From Candidatus Hydrogenedentota bacterium (lineage in GTDB: Bacteria > Hydrogenedentota > Hydrogenedentia > Hydrogenedentales > SLHB01), in NCBI GenBank assembly GCA_016934125.1, contig JAFGTL010000389.1, forward strand, positions 1 through 33,460: a stretch of DNA of 33,460 nt. Reading direction: 5' to 3'. Position numbers and translations under genes: made by a program. Numbering within the stretch: position 1 is the stretch's first letter; the number at the start of each line of letters is the position of its first letter. Positions 19,554 through 27,656 of the stretch are shown here, piece by piece. Under the pieces are notes generated by a model that worked only from the letters and a program-made list of their open reading frames with translations, ran no database searches and had not been told where the DNA came from.

Positions 19554-19571
19554 GGCGCCGTCAACGGCGCC
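19554..19571 (+). terminator. Hairpin 16 nt after the uvrA stop (weak terminator candidate, poor U-tract)
   Basis: GGCGCCG tcaa CGGCGCC is a 7-bp stem with a 4-nt loop, followed by GTTACCTC. It lies inside the 5' extension of the 19552 ORF, which argues for the downstream ATG at 19660. Confidence 0.3.
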
Positions 19572-19659
19572 GTTACCTCACTCAACGACTGCGCCATTGC
19601 CATCCGGCGCGAAATGGGCTACCGTGATTCTTGTAACCGAAACGCCCGGAGAGCCGACG

Positions 19660-20385
19660 ATGCTACAGCGACTGGCAGAGCGAATCCGCTCCCGCCGCGA
19701 GGCCCGCGGCCTCAAACAGCAGGACATCGCGAACGCGCTCAACGTGAGCCCCCAGGCCGTGTCCAAGTGGGAGCGCGGCGAAAACGCGCCCGACATCCTC
19801 CTGCTGCCGCCCCTGGCCCGCCTGCTCGACGTGTCCATCGATTGGCTGCTGTCCGCCCAGGACGAGGGCCGCGACGTGTTCGAGGCTACGGTGTTCGTGT
19901 CTGGCATCGACGGGGCCTTCCGGCGCTCCCTCGACATGGACTCGAGGGACTACGCCACCTGGCTGAACGGCATGTTCTTTGCCCTTACGGAGGCGACGCA
20001 GGCCCAGGGCGGCGTGCCGATCAAGTACGTAGGCGATGGATACCTCTGCTTCTTCAGCGGCGCCGATCACCGCGAGCGTGCTGTCGAGTCGGCCGTGCGC
20101 GCCGCCGAGATCGTCAACGAAGATCTCAAGATCGGGTTGAGCTGCGGCGAGATCTTCTTGGGCTCCGTCGGCCATCCCGAGTATGCGCGGCCCGACGTCA
20201 TGGGACAGGTGGTGAATGTCGCGTTCCTCACCATGGAATGGGCCCAGGCGAACACCGAGAGCGGCATCGCGGCCACGTCCGCCGTGGTAGACGGACTGGC
20301 CGGGCGCGTGCGCCTCGGCAAGAAGGAAGACGTGCATTTCCGGAATACGCCCCGCCCGTGCACCGTCTGCGAGATTCGCCGTTGA
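19660..20385 (+). CDS. XRE-family helix-turn-helix protein fused to a class III adenylate/guanylate cyclase-homology domain
   Basis: The ATG at 19660 is preceded by GGAGAG. The N-terminus [64 protein letters not shown] is an XRE HTH. The C-terminal ~170 aa carry cyclase-core-like strings: [40 protein letters not shown] and [13 protein letters not shown]. Confidence 0.7.
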   Translation: MLQRLAERIRSRREARGLKQQDIANALNVSPQAVSKWERGENAPDILLLPPLARLLDVSIDWLLSAQDEGRDVFEATVFVSGIDGAFRRSLDMDSRDYATWLNGMFFALTEATQAQGGVPIKYVGDGYLCFFSGADHRERAVESAVRAAEIVNEDLKIGLSCGEIFLGSVGHPEYARPDVMGQVVNVAFLTMEWAQANTESGIAATSAVVDGLAGRVRLGKKEDVHFRNTPRPCTVCEIRR

Positions 20386-20386
20386 G

Positions 20387-20415
20387 TTGAAGGTTCCGCC
20401 AACGCGCACTATACT
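20387..20415 (+). promoter_or_regulatory. Sigma70-like promoter candidate for ahcY
   Basis: TTGAAG (20387-20392), 17-nt spacer, TATACT (20410-20415), about 60 nt upstream of the ahcY ATG. Confidence 0.4.
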
Positions 20416-20476
20416 CGTTTGTTCTGTCAAGGAGCCAGATCCCCCTTCCGGGGAGCAACATACAGGGAGAGAGTCC

Positions 20477-21916
20477 ATGGCCACGAGAACCGAGACGAAC
20501 GTGGAGTACAAGGTCGCCGACATCGGCCTCGCCGAATGGGGCCGCAAAGAGATGGCGATGGCCGAGAAGGAGATGCCCGGCCTCATGGCGATCCGCGAGC
20601 GGTACGCGCCCCAGCAGCCGCTGAAAGGCGCCCGCGTTTCCGGTTCGCTTCACATGACGATCCAGACGGCGGTGCTCATCGAGACGCTCAAAGCGCTCGG
20701 GGCCGACGTGCGCTGGGCGAGCTGCAACATCTTCTCGACGCAGGATCACGCCGCGGCCGCCATCGCCCAGGCCGGCGTGCCCGTGTTCGCCTGGAAGGGC
20801 GAGACGCTCGAAGACTACTGGTGGTGCACGAACCAGGCCCTGACGTGGCCCGATGGCCTCGGCCCGAACCTGGTGGTGGACGATGGCGGCGACGCCACCC
20901 TCCTCATCCACCGCGGCTACGAGTTCGAAGAACACTTCACGAAGCACGGCCGGCTGCCCGATGTCTGCACCGACAACAAAGAAGTCCAGATCGTCGACAC
21001 GCTGCTGCACGCGATTCATGGGGAACGGCCCGCCAAATGGCACGAGTACGTCGAGGAGTGGATCGGCGTGTCCGAAGAGACGACCACGGGCGTGCACCGG
21101 CTCTATCAGCGGATGCGCGAGGGCACGCTGTACACCCGGGCCATGAATGTGAACGATTCCGTCACGAAGTCGAAGTTCGACAACATCTACGGTTGCCGTG
21201 AGTCCCTCGCAGACGGGATCAAGCGCGCCACCGACGTCATGATGGCCGGCAAGGTCGTCGTCGTGGCCGGCTATGGCGACGTCGGCAAAGGCTGCGCCCA
21301 GGCCATGAAGGGCTTGGGTGCGCGCGTGCTGATCACCGAGATCGATCCCATTTGCGCGCTTCAGGCCTGCATGGAGGGCTATGAGGTCGTGCAGATGGAT
21401 GAGGCGGCGCCCGTAGGCGACATCTTCGTGACCACCACCGGCAACTGCGACGTCATCGTCGGACGCCACTTCCAGGCGATGAAGGACGAAGCCATTGTGT
21501 GCAATATCGGCCACTTCGACGCCGAGATCGACATCGCCTGGCTCGAGGCCCAGCCCGATATCCGCGAAGAGAACATCAAACCCCAGGTGGACAAGTTCAT
21601 CTTCCCGGACGGGAAATGCATCATCATGCTGGCCCGGGGCCGGCTCGTCAACCTCGGCTGCGCCACCGGACACCCCTCGTTCGTCATGTCTAACTCCTTT
21701 TCGAATCAGACCTTAGCGGCCATCTCCCTGTGGACGGAAACGGCCAAGTACGAGGCAGGCAAGGTGTACACCCTGCCCAAGATCCTCGACGAGGAGGTCG
21801 CCCGGCTCCACCTCGAGAAACTCGGCGCCAAACTCGACGTGATGAATGAGAAACAGGCCGCCTATATCGGCTATCCCGTGGACGGGCCGTACAAGCCCGA
21901 GCATTACCGATATTAG
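20477..21916 (+). CDS. ahcY: S-adenosyl-L-homocysteine hydrolase (adenosylhomocysteinase)
   Basis: Internal ATG of the 20387 ORF, preceded by [43 protein letters not shown]...[23 protein letters not shown], the NAD site [14 protein letters not shown] and the C-terminal PEHYRY are all typical of AhcY. Confidence 0.97.
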   Translation: MATRTETNVEYKVADIGLAEWGRKEMAMAEKEMPGLMAIRERYAPQQPLKGARVSGSLHMTIQTAVLIETLKALGADVRWASCNIFSTQDHAAAAIAQAGVPVFAWKGETLEDYWWCTNQALTWPDGLGPNLVVDDGGDATLLIHRGYEFEEHFTKHGRLPDVCTDNKEVQIVDTLLHAIHGERPAKWHEYVEEWIGVSEETTTGVHRLYQRMREGTLYTRAMNVNDSVTKSKFDNIYGCRESLADGIKRATDVMMAGKVVVVAGYGDVGKGCAQAMKGLGARVLITEIDPICALQACMEGYEVVQMDEAAPVGDIFVTTTGNCDVIVGRHFQAMKDEAIVCNIGHFDAEIDIAWLEAQPDIREENIKPQVDKFIFPDGKCIIMLARGRLVNLGCATGHPSFVMSNSFSNQTLAAISLWTETAKYEAGKVYTLPKILDEEVARLHLEKLGAKLDVMNEKQAAYIGYPVDGPYKPEHYRY

Positions 21917-21943
21917 TCGGCAGCCCCGCCCGTAGAACGCTCC

Positions 21944-21979
21944 CCGCCGCCTTCCGGCCCGGAAGGCGGCGGCTTCGTT
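21944..21979 (+). terminator. Intrinsic terminator candidate after ahcY
   Basis: CCGCCGCCTTCC (21944-21955) pairs with GGAAGGCGGCGG (21961-21972) across a 5-nt loop, followed by CTTCGTT (a modest T-tract). Confidence 0.5.
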
Positions 21980-22006
21980 GAACGGGACGCGCCGGATCTC
22001 TAGACT
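21978..22006 (+). promoter_or_regulatory. Sigma70-like promoter candidate for the URO-D-family gene
   Basis: TTGAAC (21978-21983), 17-nt spacer, TAGACT (22001-22006), about 40 nt upstream of the ATG at 22048. Confidence 0.35.
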
Positions 22007-22047
22007 TGCCTGGCACCACACGGGCACATCGACAGGGAGGAACTCCG

Positions 22048-23136
22048 ATGGGAGATCTGTTTGCTACACCGGTTTCGACGGACTGGGAGGGCCTTGTCCG
22101 CAGCATCGATCGCAGTGCCATGCCCAGCCGCGTTCATCACATCGAGTTGTTTCTCGACGCGGAGGTGCAGGACGCCGTCTGCCGCGCGTTCCATCTTCTC
22201 GACGGCCTGGACGCCGACGATCCGTTCTTCCCACAACGCAAACAGGTGGCCATTCAGTCCTTCCTCGGCTACGACTACGTTCGCATGGGCCTGGAGGGCA
22301 TGGAGATGCCGCTCCACAACCTCGCGGCAACGGACACGGCAGACCTTTCCCGCGAGGGCGGGCGCCAGTTCGTCGACGAGCACCGCGGGCCCATCACCAA
22401 CTGGGACGAGTTCCATGCCTATCCCTGGCCCGATCCGCACGCCGCGTCAACCCGCTCCCTCGAGTGGTACAGCGAGCATCTGCCTGACTCGATGTGCATC
22501 ATCGGCAGCGGCGGCTTCGCCCACTTCGCCGAGTACCTCACCTGGCTCATGGGCTACGAGACCTTCTGCATGGCCCTCTACGAACAGCGCGACCTCGTCG
22601 CGGCCATCTCGCAGCATCTCATCGACATGTACGAGGTGGTCATCCAGCGGATCCTCGAGTTCGATCGCGTCAAACTCATCTGGGGCAGCGACGACATGGG
22701 CTACCGGGGCGGGCCCCTGGCCAGCCCGGACGACCTCCGCGAGTTCGTGTTGCCCGGGCACAAGCGCATGGCCGAGATGGCCCATGCCGCCGGCCGGCCC
22801 TACCTCCTTCACTCCTGCGGCGATCTCTCGCTCCTCATGGACGACTTGATCGACGACGTCGGCATCGACGCCAAACACTCGTTCGAGGACACCATCGAGC
22901 GCGTCACCGACGCCAAGCAGGCGTACGGCGGGCAGATCGCGCTGCTCGGGGGCATCGATCTGGATTTCCTGTGCCGGGCCGACGAGGCCGCCGTTCGCGA
23001 ACGGGTGCGCCACACCCTGTCCGTGTGCATGGAGGGCGGCGGATACTGCCTGGGCTCGGGCAACAGCGTGGCCAACTACATCCCCCTCGGCAACTACCTC
23101 GCCATGGTGGATGAGGGCCGCCGCTTCACGCTCTGA
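22048..23136 (+). CDS. Uroporphyrinogen-decarboxylase (URO-D) superfamily protein, MtaA/CmuA-like putative Zn-dependent methyltransferase
   Basis: The ATG at 22048 is preceded by GGGAGG. About 362 aa. The TIM-barrel URO-D-like layout carries H-x-C in RPYLLHSCGDL and a distal Cys in GGYCLGSGNS. That pattern resembles the Zn ligands of methylcobamide:thiol methyltransferases rather than HemE. Confidence 0.75.
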   Translation: MGDLFATPVSTDWEGLVRSIDRSAMPSRVHHIELFLDAEVQDAVCRAFHLLDGLDADDPFFPQRKQVAIQSFLGYDYVRMGLEGMEMPLHNLAATDTADLSREGGRQFVDEHRGPITNWDEFHAYPWPDPHAASTRSLEWYSEHLPDSMCIIGSGGFAHFAEYLTWLMGYETFCMALYEQRDLVAAISQHLIDMYEVVIQRILEFDRVKLIWGSDDMGYRGGPLASPDDLREFVLPGHKRMAEMAHAAGRPYLLHSCGDLSLLMDDLIDDVGIDAKHSFEDTIERVTDAKQAYGGQIALLGGIDLDFLCRADEAAVRERVRHTLSVCMEGGGYCLGSGNSVANYIPLGNYLAMVDEGRRFTL

Positions 23137-23146
23137 GGAGGGCCCG

Positions 23147-23175
23147 TTGCGCCCGGCCCGGGAAGGGCGTACAAT
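23147..23175 (+). promoter_or_regulatory. Sigma70-like promoter candidate for sufC-sufB
   Basis: TTGCGC (23147-23152), 17-nt spacer, TACAAT (23170-23175), about 50 nt upstream of the sufC ATG. Confidence 0.4.
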
Positions 23176-23223
23176 CCTCCAAGCGTGCATTCCAGTTTGG
23201 GCCGCTTCGCGCGGGAGATTGCC

Positions 23224-23958
23224 ATGTCTATTCTTGAGCTTGAGAACGTTACCCTCGAACTCGGCGGCAAACGCGTGCTCGACAACCTGTCTATGGACTT
23301 CTGGGAGAACCACATCCACGCCCTGTGCGGGCCGAACGGCGCCGGCAAGTCCACGCTTGCGTCGACTGTCATGGGCTTGGCGGGATACACGGACTTCGAG
23401 GGCGATATCCGGTTCGAGGGCGAGTCGCTCAAGGGATTGCCGGTGGCCGAACGGGCGCGCCGGGGCATCACCTTGGCTTGGCAGGAGCCGGCCCGGTTCG
23501 AGGGGCTCCGGGTGGATCGCTTCGTCGGTGCGGGGGCCCGCGATCGGAGCCGGGCCCGGCTGGCCTCGGCGTTGGACAGCGTCGGCCTCGATCCCGACGC
23601 CTACCTGGATCGGGCTGTTGACAGGACGCTCAGCGGCGGCGAGCGAAAACGTATCGAACTCGCCTCCATCCTCGCCATGGAACCCAAGGTTGTCCTCATG
23701 GATGAGCCGGATTCCGGCATCGACGTCGAGGCCCTCGAACAGATTTTCCGCGCCCTCCAGGAGTTGAAAGATCGCGGCGCCACCGTGGTGATGATCACCC
23801 ACAGTCCGGTGGTGCTGAAACACGCAGAGCACGCCTTCCTGATGTGCTGCGGCCGGCTCATCGAGAAGGGCTCGGCGGAGAAGATCGATCGCTATTTCGA
23901 GGACAAGTGCATCACGTGCCCCCACGTGAACGAACCGGAAGAAGGCGAACCGGCATGA
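23224..23958 (+). CDS. sufC: Fe-S cluster assembly ATPase SufC (SmsC-like), with a Cys-x2-Cys-Pro-His C-terminal tail
   Basis: The start at MSILELENV is the typical SufC N-terminus. Walker A is GPNGAGKST, the signature is LSGGERKR, Walker B is VVLMDEPDSGID and the H-loop is ITHS. The C-terminus is ...YFEDKCITCPHVNEPEEGEPA. The stop overlaps the next start (ATGA). Confidence 0.9.
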   Translation: MSILELENVTLELGGKRVLDNLSMDFWENHIHALCGPNGAGKSTLASTVMGLAGYTDFEGDIRFEGESLKGLPVAERARRGITLAWQEPARFEGLRVDRFVGAGARDRSRARLASALDSVGLDPDAYLDRAVDRTLSGGERKRIELASILAMEPKVVLMDEPDSGIDVEALEQIFRALQELKDRGATVVMITHSPVVLKHAEHAFLMCCGRLIEKGSAEKIDRYFEDKCITCPHVNEPEEGEPA

Positions 23959-24890
23959 GCGGCGACGATATCGTTCAGAAACTGCTCGAATCCATCGGCA
24001 TCACCCCCGGCCATCCCTTGCCCGTGAACACGGCCCGACTCCAGGTGCATGGCAACCGGGTGGTGGGCGCCCACCTCGTCCCGGGACTTCTCGTCGACGT
24101 GGACGAGCGGCCCGACGGAATCGCCGCGGATATCACCGTCAAGGAAGGCGTCCAGATCGAGCGCCCCGTACACATCTGCTTCGGCCTGCTGCCCGAGCGC
24201 GGCGCGCAGCACATCGAGATGCACATCGATATCCAGGAGGGTGCCCAGGCTTCCGTCCTCGCCCATTGCACGTTCCCGAACGCCGTCGAGATCGAGCACC
24301 GCATGGACGCGTCCATTACGGTAGGGGCGGGCGCGAGCTACTCGTACTTCGAGCGGCACGTCCACGGCTCGTCCGGCGGCGTGCACGTCGTGCCCAAAGC
24401 CCAGGTTACGCTGCATGAGGGCGCCCGGTTCAAAACCGAGTTCGAACTCATCAAAGGCCGCGTCGGCGCCATCGACATCGACTACGAAACCGAATGCCGC
24501 GCCCACAGCGTCCTCGAGATGATCGCGCGGATCGGCGGGCGCGGCGACGATGCCATCACCATCCGCGAAACGGGCCGGCTCGTGGGCGCCCATGCCCGGG
24601 CCGTGCTGAATTCCCACATCGCCCTGCGCGACACCTCGCACGCCGAGGTGTACAACACGCTCATTGCCAGCGCGCCCCACGCCCGCGGGCACGTCGACTG
24701 CAAAGAGGTGGTGCAAGGCCAGGCCCTGGCCAAGGCCGTGCCCATTGTCGAAGTCAACGATCCCACCGCCCACGTCACCCATGAAGCGGCCATCGGCAGC
24801 GTGGACGCGAAACAACTCGAGACTCTCATGTCGCGCGGCCTTGGCGAGGACGACGCCGTCGATCTCATCATCGAGGGCCTGCTGAGCTGA
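23955..24890 (+). CDS. sufB: Short SufB/SufD-family Fe-S scaffold protein (SufB-like, 311 aa)
   Basis: It is translationally coupled to sufC. The C-terminal core HARGHVDCKEVVQGQALAKAVPIVEVNDPTAHVTHEAAIGSVDAKQLETLMSRGLGEDDAVDLIIEGLL matches the SufB beta-helix/C-terminal signature, including the Cys and the HEA motif. It is much shorter than canonical SufB or SufD. Confidence 0.85.
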   Translation: MSGDDIVQKLLESIGITPGHPLPVNTARLQVHGNRVVGAHLVPGLLVDVDERPDGIAADITVKEGVQIERPVHICFGLLPERGAQHIEMHIDIQEGAQASVLAHCTFPNAVEIEHRMDASITVGAGASYSYFERHVHGSSGGVHVVPKAQVTLHEGARFKTEFELIKGRVGAIDIDYETECRAHSVLEMIARIGGRGDDAITIRETGRLVGAHARAVLNSHIALRDTSHAEVYNTLIASAPHARGHVDCKEVVQGQALAKAVPIVEVNDPTAHVTHEAAIGSVDAKQLETLMSRGLGEDDAVDLIIEGLLS

Positions 24891-24979
24891 CGCGCGCCCG
24901 GTGCCTTCGAGCGGGCACTGAACGGGGACGTCATCTGCCTCATCGCCGAGAAGACGGGCGAGCCAGGCGCGCGAAGGGG

Positions 24980-25008
24980 TTGCCGCCAAGGGCATGAGGC
25001 GTTACAGT
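24980..25008 (+). promoter_or_regulatory. Sigma70-like promoter candidate for sufS
   Basis: TTGCCG (24980-24985), 17-nt spacer, TACAGT (25003-25008), about 55 nt upstream of the ATG at 25064. Confidence 0.35.
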
Positions 25009-25063
25009 ATCGAGAGCGGGCAACGAGCTTCCCTCGCGGGCGCGTTCCGCAGAAAGGCTGGCG

Positions 25064-26350
25064 ATGACAGCCGAGGCAGACAGCACCGGCGCCAGGGGCC
25101 AGGCGAACCCGCCGCGGCCGCCCCTCGCGGAGGGGGATGTCGCCCGGATCCGCCAGGACTTCCCTCTCCTTCACACAGAACTGCGCGGCGGGAAGCCGCT
25201 CGTCTACCTGGATAACGCCTCCACCACCCAGAGGCCGCGTGCCGTCGTCGACGCCGTCGATGAGTACTACCTCCACCATAACGCCAATATCCACCGGGGC
25301 GTGCATCAGCTCAGCCAGGCGGCCACGGACGCCTACGAACGGGCGCGCGAGGCGGTGCGGCGCTTTGTGAACGCGCAACTCACCGGTGAGATCGTGTTCA
25401 CCCGGGGCACCACGGAGAGCATCAATCTCATCGCGCAGACGTTCGGCAGGACACGCATCGGCCCCGGCGACGAAGTGCTGGTGTCCGAAATGGAGCACCA
25501 CTCGAACATCGTGCCCTGGCAGATGCTGTGTCAGGAACGCGGCGCGCGCGTCCGCCCGATCCCCGTCACTGATGCCGGCGAGATCTCGCTGGAGGAATAC
25601 GGGCGTCTCTTCAACGAGAAGACGAAGCTCGTGGCCGTGATCCACGTGTCGAACGCCCTCGGCACGGTGAATCCCGTGAAGCACATGATTGACACGGCCC
25701 ACGCCCACGGCGTGCCCGTGGTTGTCGATGGGGCCCAGTCCGCGGCCCACCTCCCCGTCGACGTCCAGGATCTCGACTGCGACTTCTACGCATGCTCGGG
25801 GCATAAGATGTGCGGCCCGACGGGCATCGGCGTCTTGTACGGAAAGGCCGAGCACCTCGAGGCCATGCCCCCTTATCAGGGCGGGGGCGACATGATCCTC
25901 TCGGTATCCTTCGGCAAGACGGTGTACAACACGTTCCCGCACAAGTTCGAGGCCGGCACGCCCGATATCGCCGGCGCGATCGGGCTCGGGGCCGCCGTCG
26001 AATACCTCGAGTCCATTGGCATGGAGCCGATCGCGGCCTACGAGCGCGCCCTCACGCGCTACGGCACCCAACTCCTCGCGTCGATGGACGGCGTCCGCCT
26101 CATCGGCACCGCTCACGACAAAGCCCCGGTGTTCTCGTTCTGCATGGCGTGCGCAAGCCCGGACGCCATCGGGCAGGTTCTCGACGAGGAAGGAATCGCC
26201 GTGCGCACGGGCCATCACTGCGCCCAGCCCCTCATGGAACGGTTCCACATTCCCGGCACGGCCCGGGCCTCCTTGGCCTTCTACAACACGAGACAGGAAC
26301 TCGACGCGCTCGCCGAAGCTCTGAACCGCGTGAAGGCAGCGTTCCCCTGA
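25064..26350 (+). CDS. sufS: Cysteine desulfurase, group II (SufS/CsdA type), PLP-dependent
   Basis: 428 aa. VYLDNASTTQRP, NANIHRGVHQLS, the PLP-Lys region SGHKMCGPTGIGVLYG and the active-site loop RTGHHCAQPLM are SufS hallmarks. Confidence 0.93.
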   Translation: MTAEADSTGARGQANPPRPPLAEGDVARIRQDFPLLHTELRGGKPLVYLDNASTTQRPRAVVDAVDEYYLHHNANIHRGVHQLSQAATDAYERAREAVRRFVNAQLTGEIVFTRGTTESINLIAQTFGRTRIGPGDEVLVSEMEHHSNIVPWQMLCQERGARVRPIPVTDAGEISLEEYGRLFNEKTKLVAVIHVSNALGTVNPVKHMIDTAHAHGVPVVVDGAQSAAHLPVDVQDLDCDFYACSGHKMCGPTGIGVLYGKAEHLEAMPPYQGGGDMILSVSFGKTVYNTFPHKFEAGTPDIAGAIGLGAAVEYLESIGMEPIAAYERALTRYGTQLLASMDGVRLIGTAHDKAPVFSFCMACASPDAIGQVLDEEGIAVRTGHHCAQPLMERFHIPGTARASLAFYNTRQELDALAEALNRVKAAFP

Positions 26351-26388
26351 CGCGCGAATCGCCCTGGCTACCCCAAGCGCCCGCCGCA

Positions 26389-26418
26389 TTGATAAGCCGG
26401 GCGGGCGGCTGTTATCAT
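26389..26418 (+). promoter_or_regulatory. Sigma70-like promoter candidate for nadA
   Basis: TTGATA (26389-26394), 18-nt spacer, TATCAT (26413-26418), about 90 nt upstream of the ATG at 26508. The -35 region lies in the loop of a CGCCCGCC/GGCGGGCG hairpin that could also terminate sufS. Confidence 0.4.
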
Positions 26419-26507
26419 CCCTGCTCCGATGGACTCGTGATCGTCCGGTAGAAACTCGCACAGGCCCGCGCCGCGCGGACTCGATCAAACAAGGAAACCC
26501 AACAGCC

Positions 26508-27584
26508 ATGGCGAATCCACTCCCTCTCGTTCAGGAAGCCGGAAGCGAGGAAGAGGCCTTCGAGCGGATGAAAGCCAAGCTCAGGGGACTCCTCTCCGAA
26601 TCCGAGATTCGCGCCAAGGCCGGGCTCGCCTTCGAGATCAACCGGCTCAAACGCGAGCGGAACGCCGTCATCCTCGGCCACAACTACATGGAGCCGGCCC
26701 TGTACGCGTCCGTGCCCGATTACACGGGCGATTCGTTGCAGTTGGCCCGGATCTCGGCCAAAACCGATGCGGATATCATCCTGTTCTGCGGCGTTCTCTT
26801 TATGGCCGAGAGCGCCAAGATCCTCAATCCCGACAAGCTGGTGCTCATCCCGAACGAGAAGGCCGGCTGTTCCCTCGCCGAGGGTGTGTCCGCGGCCGAC
26901 GTCCGCGGCCTGAAAGAACGGTTTCCCGGCGTGCCGGTAGTCACCTACGTCAACACCTATGCCGAAACCAAGGCCGAATCGGACTACTGCTGCACCTCCG
27001 GGAACGCCGGATCCGTCGTACGCCACGTCCTCAACCAAGGCCACAGCCGCGTCATCTTCCTGCCGGACGAGTTCCTGGCCCGAAATACCGCCCGTGAAGT
27101 CGGCGTGCCCTTCGTCCCCGGCTGGGAAGACTCGGCTCCCGAACAGGCCGCCCAGTCCGAACGGGCCATCATCGGCTGGAATGCCCGGTGCGAGGTGCAC
27201 GAGTTGTACACCGTCGAGGACGTGGAGGGCGTGCGCAAGCAGTATCCCGACGTCACCATCATCGCCCATCCCGAGTGTCCGCCCGAGGTGATCGAGCGGG
27301 TGGACATCGCCGGCAGCACGAAGAAGATGGTGGAATACGTCGCCGAGAGCGACACCAAGCAGTTCCTGCTGTTCACAGAATGCAGCATGGGCGACAACAT
27401 CGCCGTCGAGAATCCGGACAAGGAGATGCTGCGCCTGTGCAGCCACCGGTGCCCCCACATGGCCCTTATCACCCTCGAAGACACCCTCGCGTCACTGCAG
27501 AAGCTGCAGATCCAAGTCGAGTTGGCTCCGGACATCATCGAGCGTTCGCGTCGCCCCATCGATCGGATGCTCGAGATTCACTAA
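26508..27584 (+). CDS. nadA: Quinolinate synthase A ([4Fe-4S] enzyme)
   Basis: 358 aa. ILGHNYMEPALY..PDYTGDSLQLAR, ILFCGVLFMAESAKILNPDK, CSLAEG, VTYVNT, HPECPPEV and FTECSMGDN are typical NadA motifs, including the conserved Cys residues. Confidence 0.93.
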   Translation: MANPLPLVQEAGSEEEAFERMKAKLRGLLSESEIRAKAGLAFEINRLKRERNAVILGHNYMEPALYASVPDYTGDSLQLARISAKTDADIILFCGVLFMAESAKILNPDKLVLIPNEKAGCSLAEGVSAADVRGLKERFPGVPVVTYVNTYAETKAESDYCCTSGNAGSVVRHVLNQGHSRVIFLPDEFLARNTAREVGVPFVPGWEDSAPEQAAQSERAIIGWNARCEVHELYTVEDVEGVRKQYPDVTIIAHPECPPEVIERVDIAGSTKKMVEYVAESDTKQFLLFTECSMGDNIAVENPDKEMLRLCSHRCPHMALITLEDTLASLQKLQIQVELAPDIIERSRRPIDRMLEIH

Positions 27585-27656
27585 CGGCCGGCGGCGCTCT
27601 CGATTCCGGGCGCGGCGCGCCGGCCGCGCTCATCGCCTCCGGGAGGAGCGGATTCC

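Noticed and set aside
20416-20476. Possible SAH riboswitch in the ahcY leader
   Set aside because: ahcY is a classic SAH-riboswitch target, so I looked for one. The ~60-nt leader is shorter than the element as I remember it, and I could not find its conserved core segments. Only a small CCCCC/GGGGA hairpin is present. A covariance-model scan (Rfam SAH riboswitch) would settle this.
22011-22026. Sigma54-like element TGGCAC-N5-GGGCA upstream of the URO-D-like gene
   Set aside because: The GG/GC spacing fits, but the -12 box is GGGCA rather than TTGCA. The implied start would fall inside the GGGAGG RBS, about 11 nt from the ATG. A better-placed sigma70-like TTGAAC-17-TAGACT lies just upstream.
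24994-25215. 73-aa ORF starting in the sufB-sufS intergenic region
   Set aside because: It runs out of frame into sufS and its product is Arg/Pro/Gly-rich. Its start overlaps the proposed sufS promoter -10 box, and it has no RBS.
24482-26509. 675-aa ORF on the minus strand
   Set aside because: It is antisense to the sufB-like and sufS genes and crosses their intergenic promoter region. It has shadow-ORF composition.
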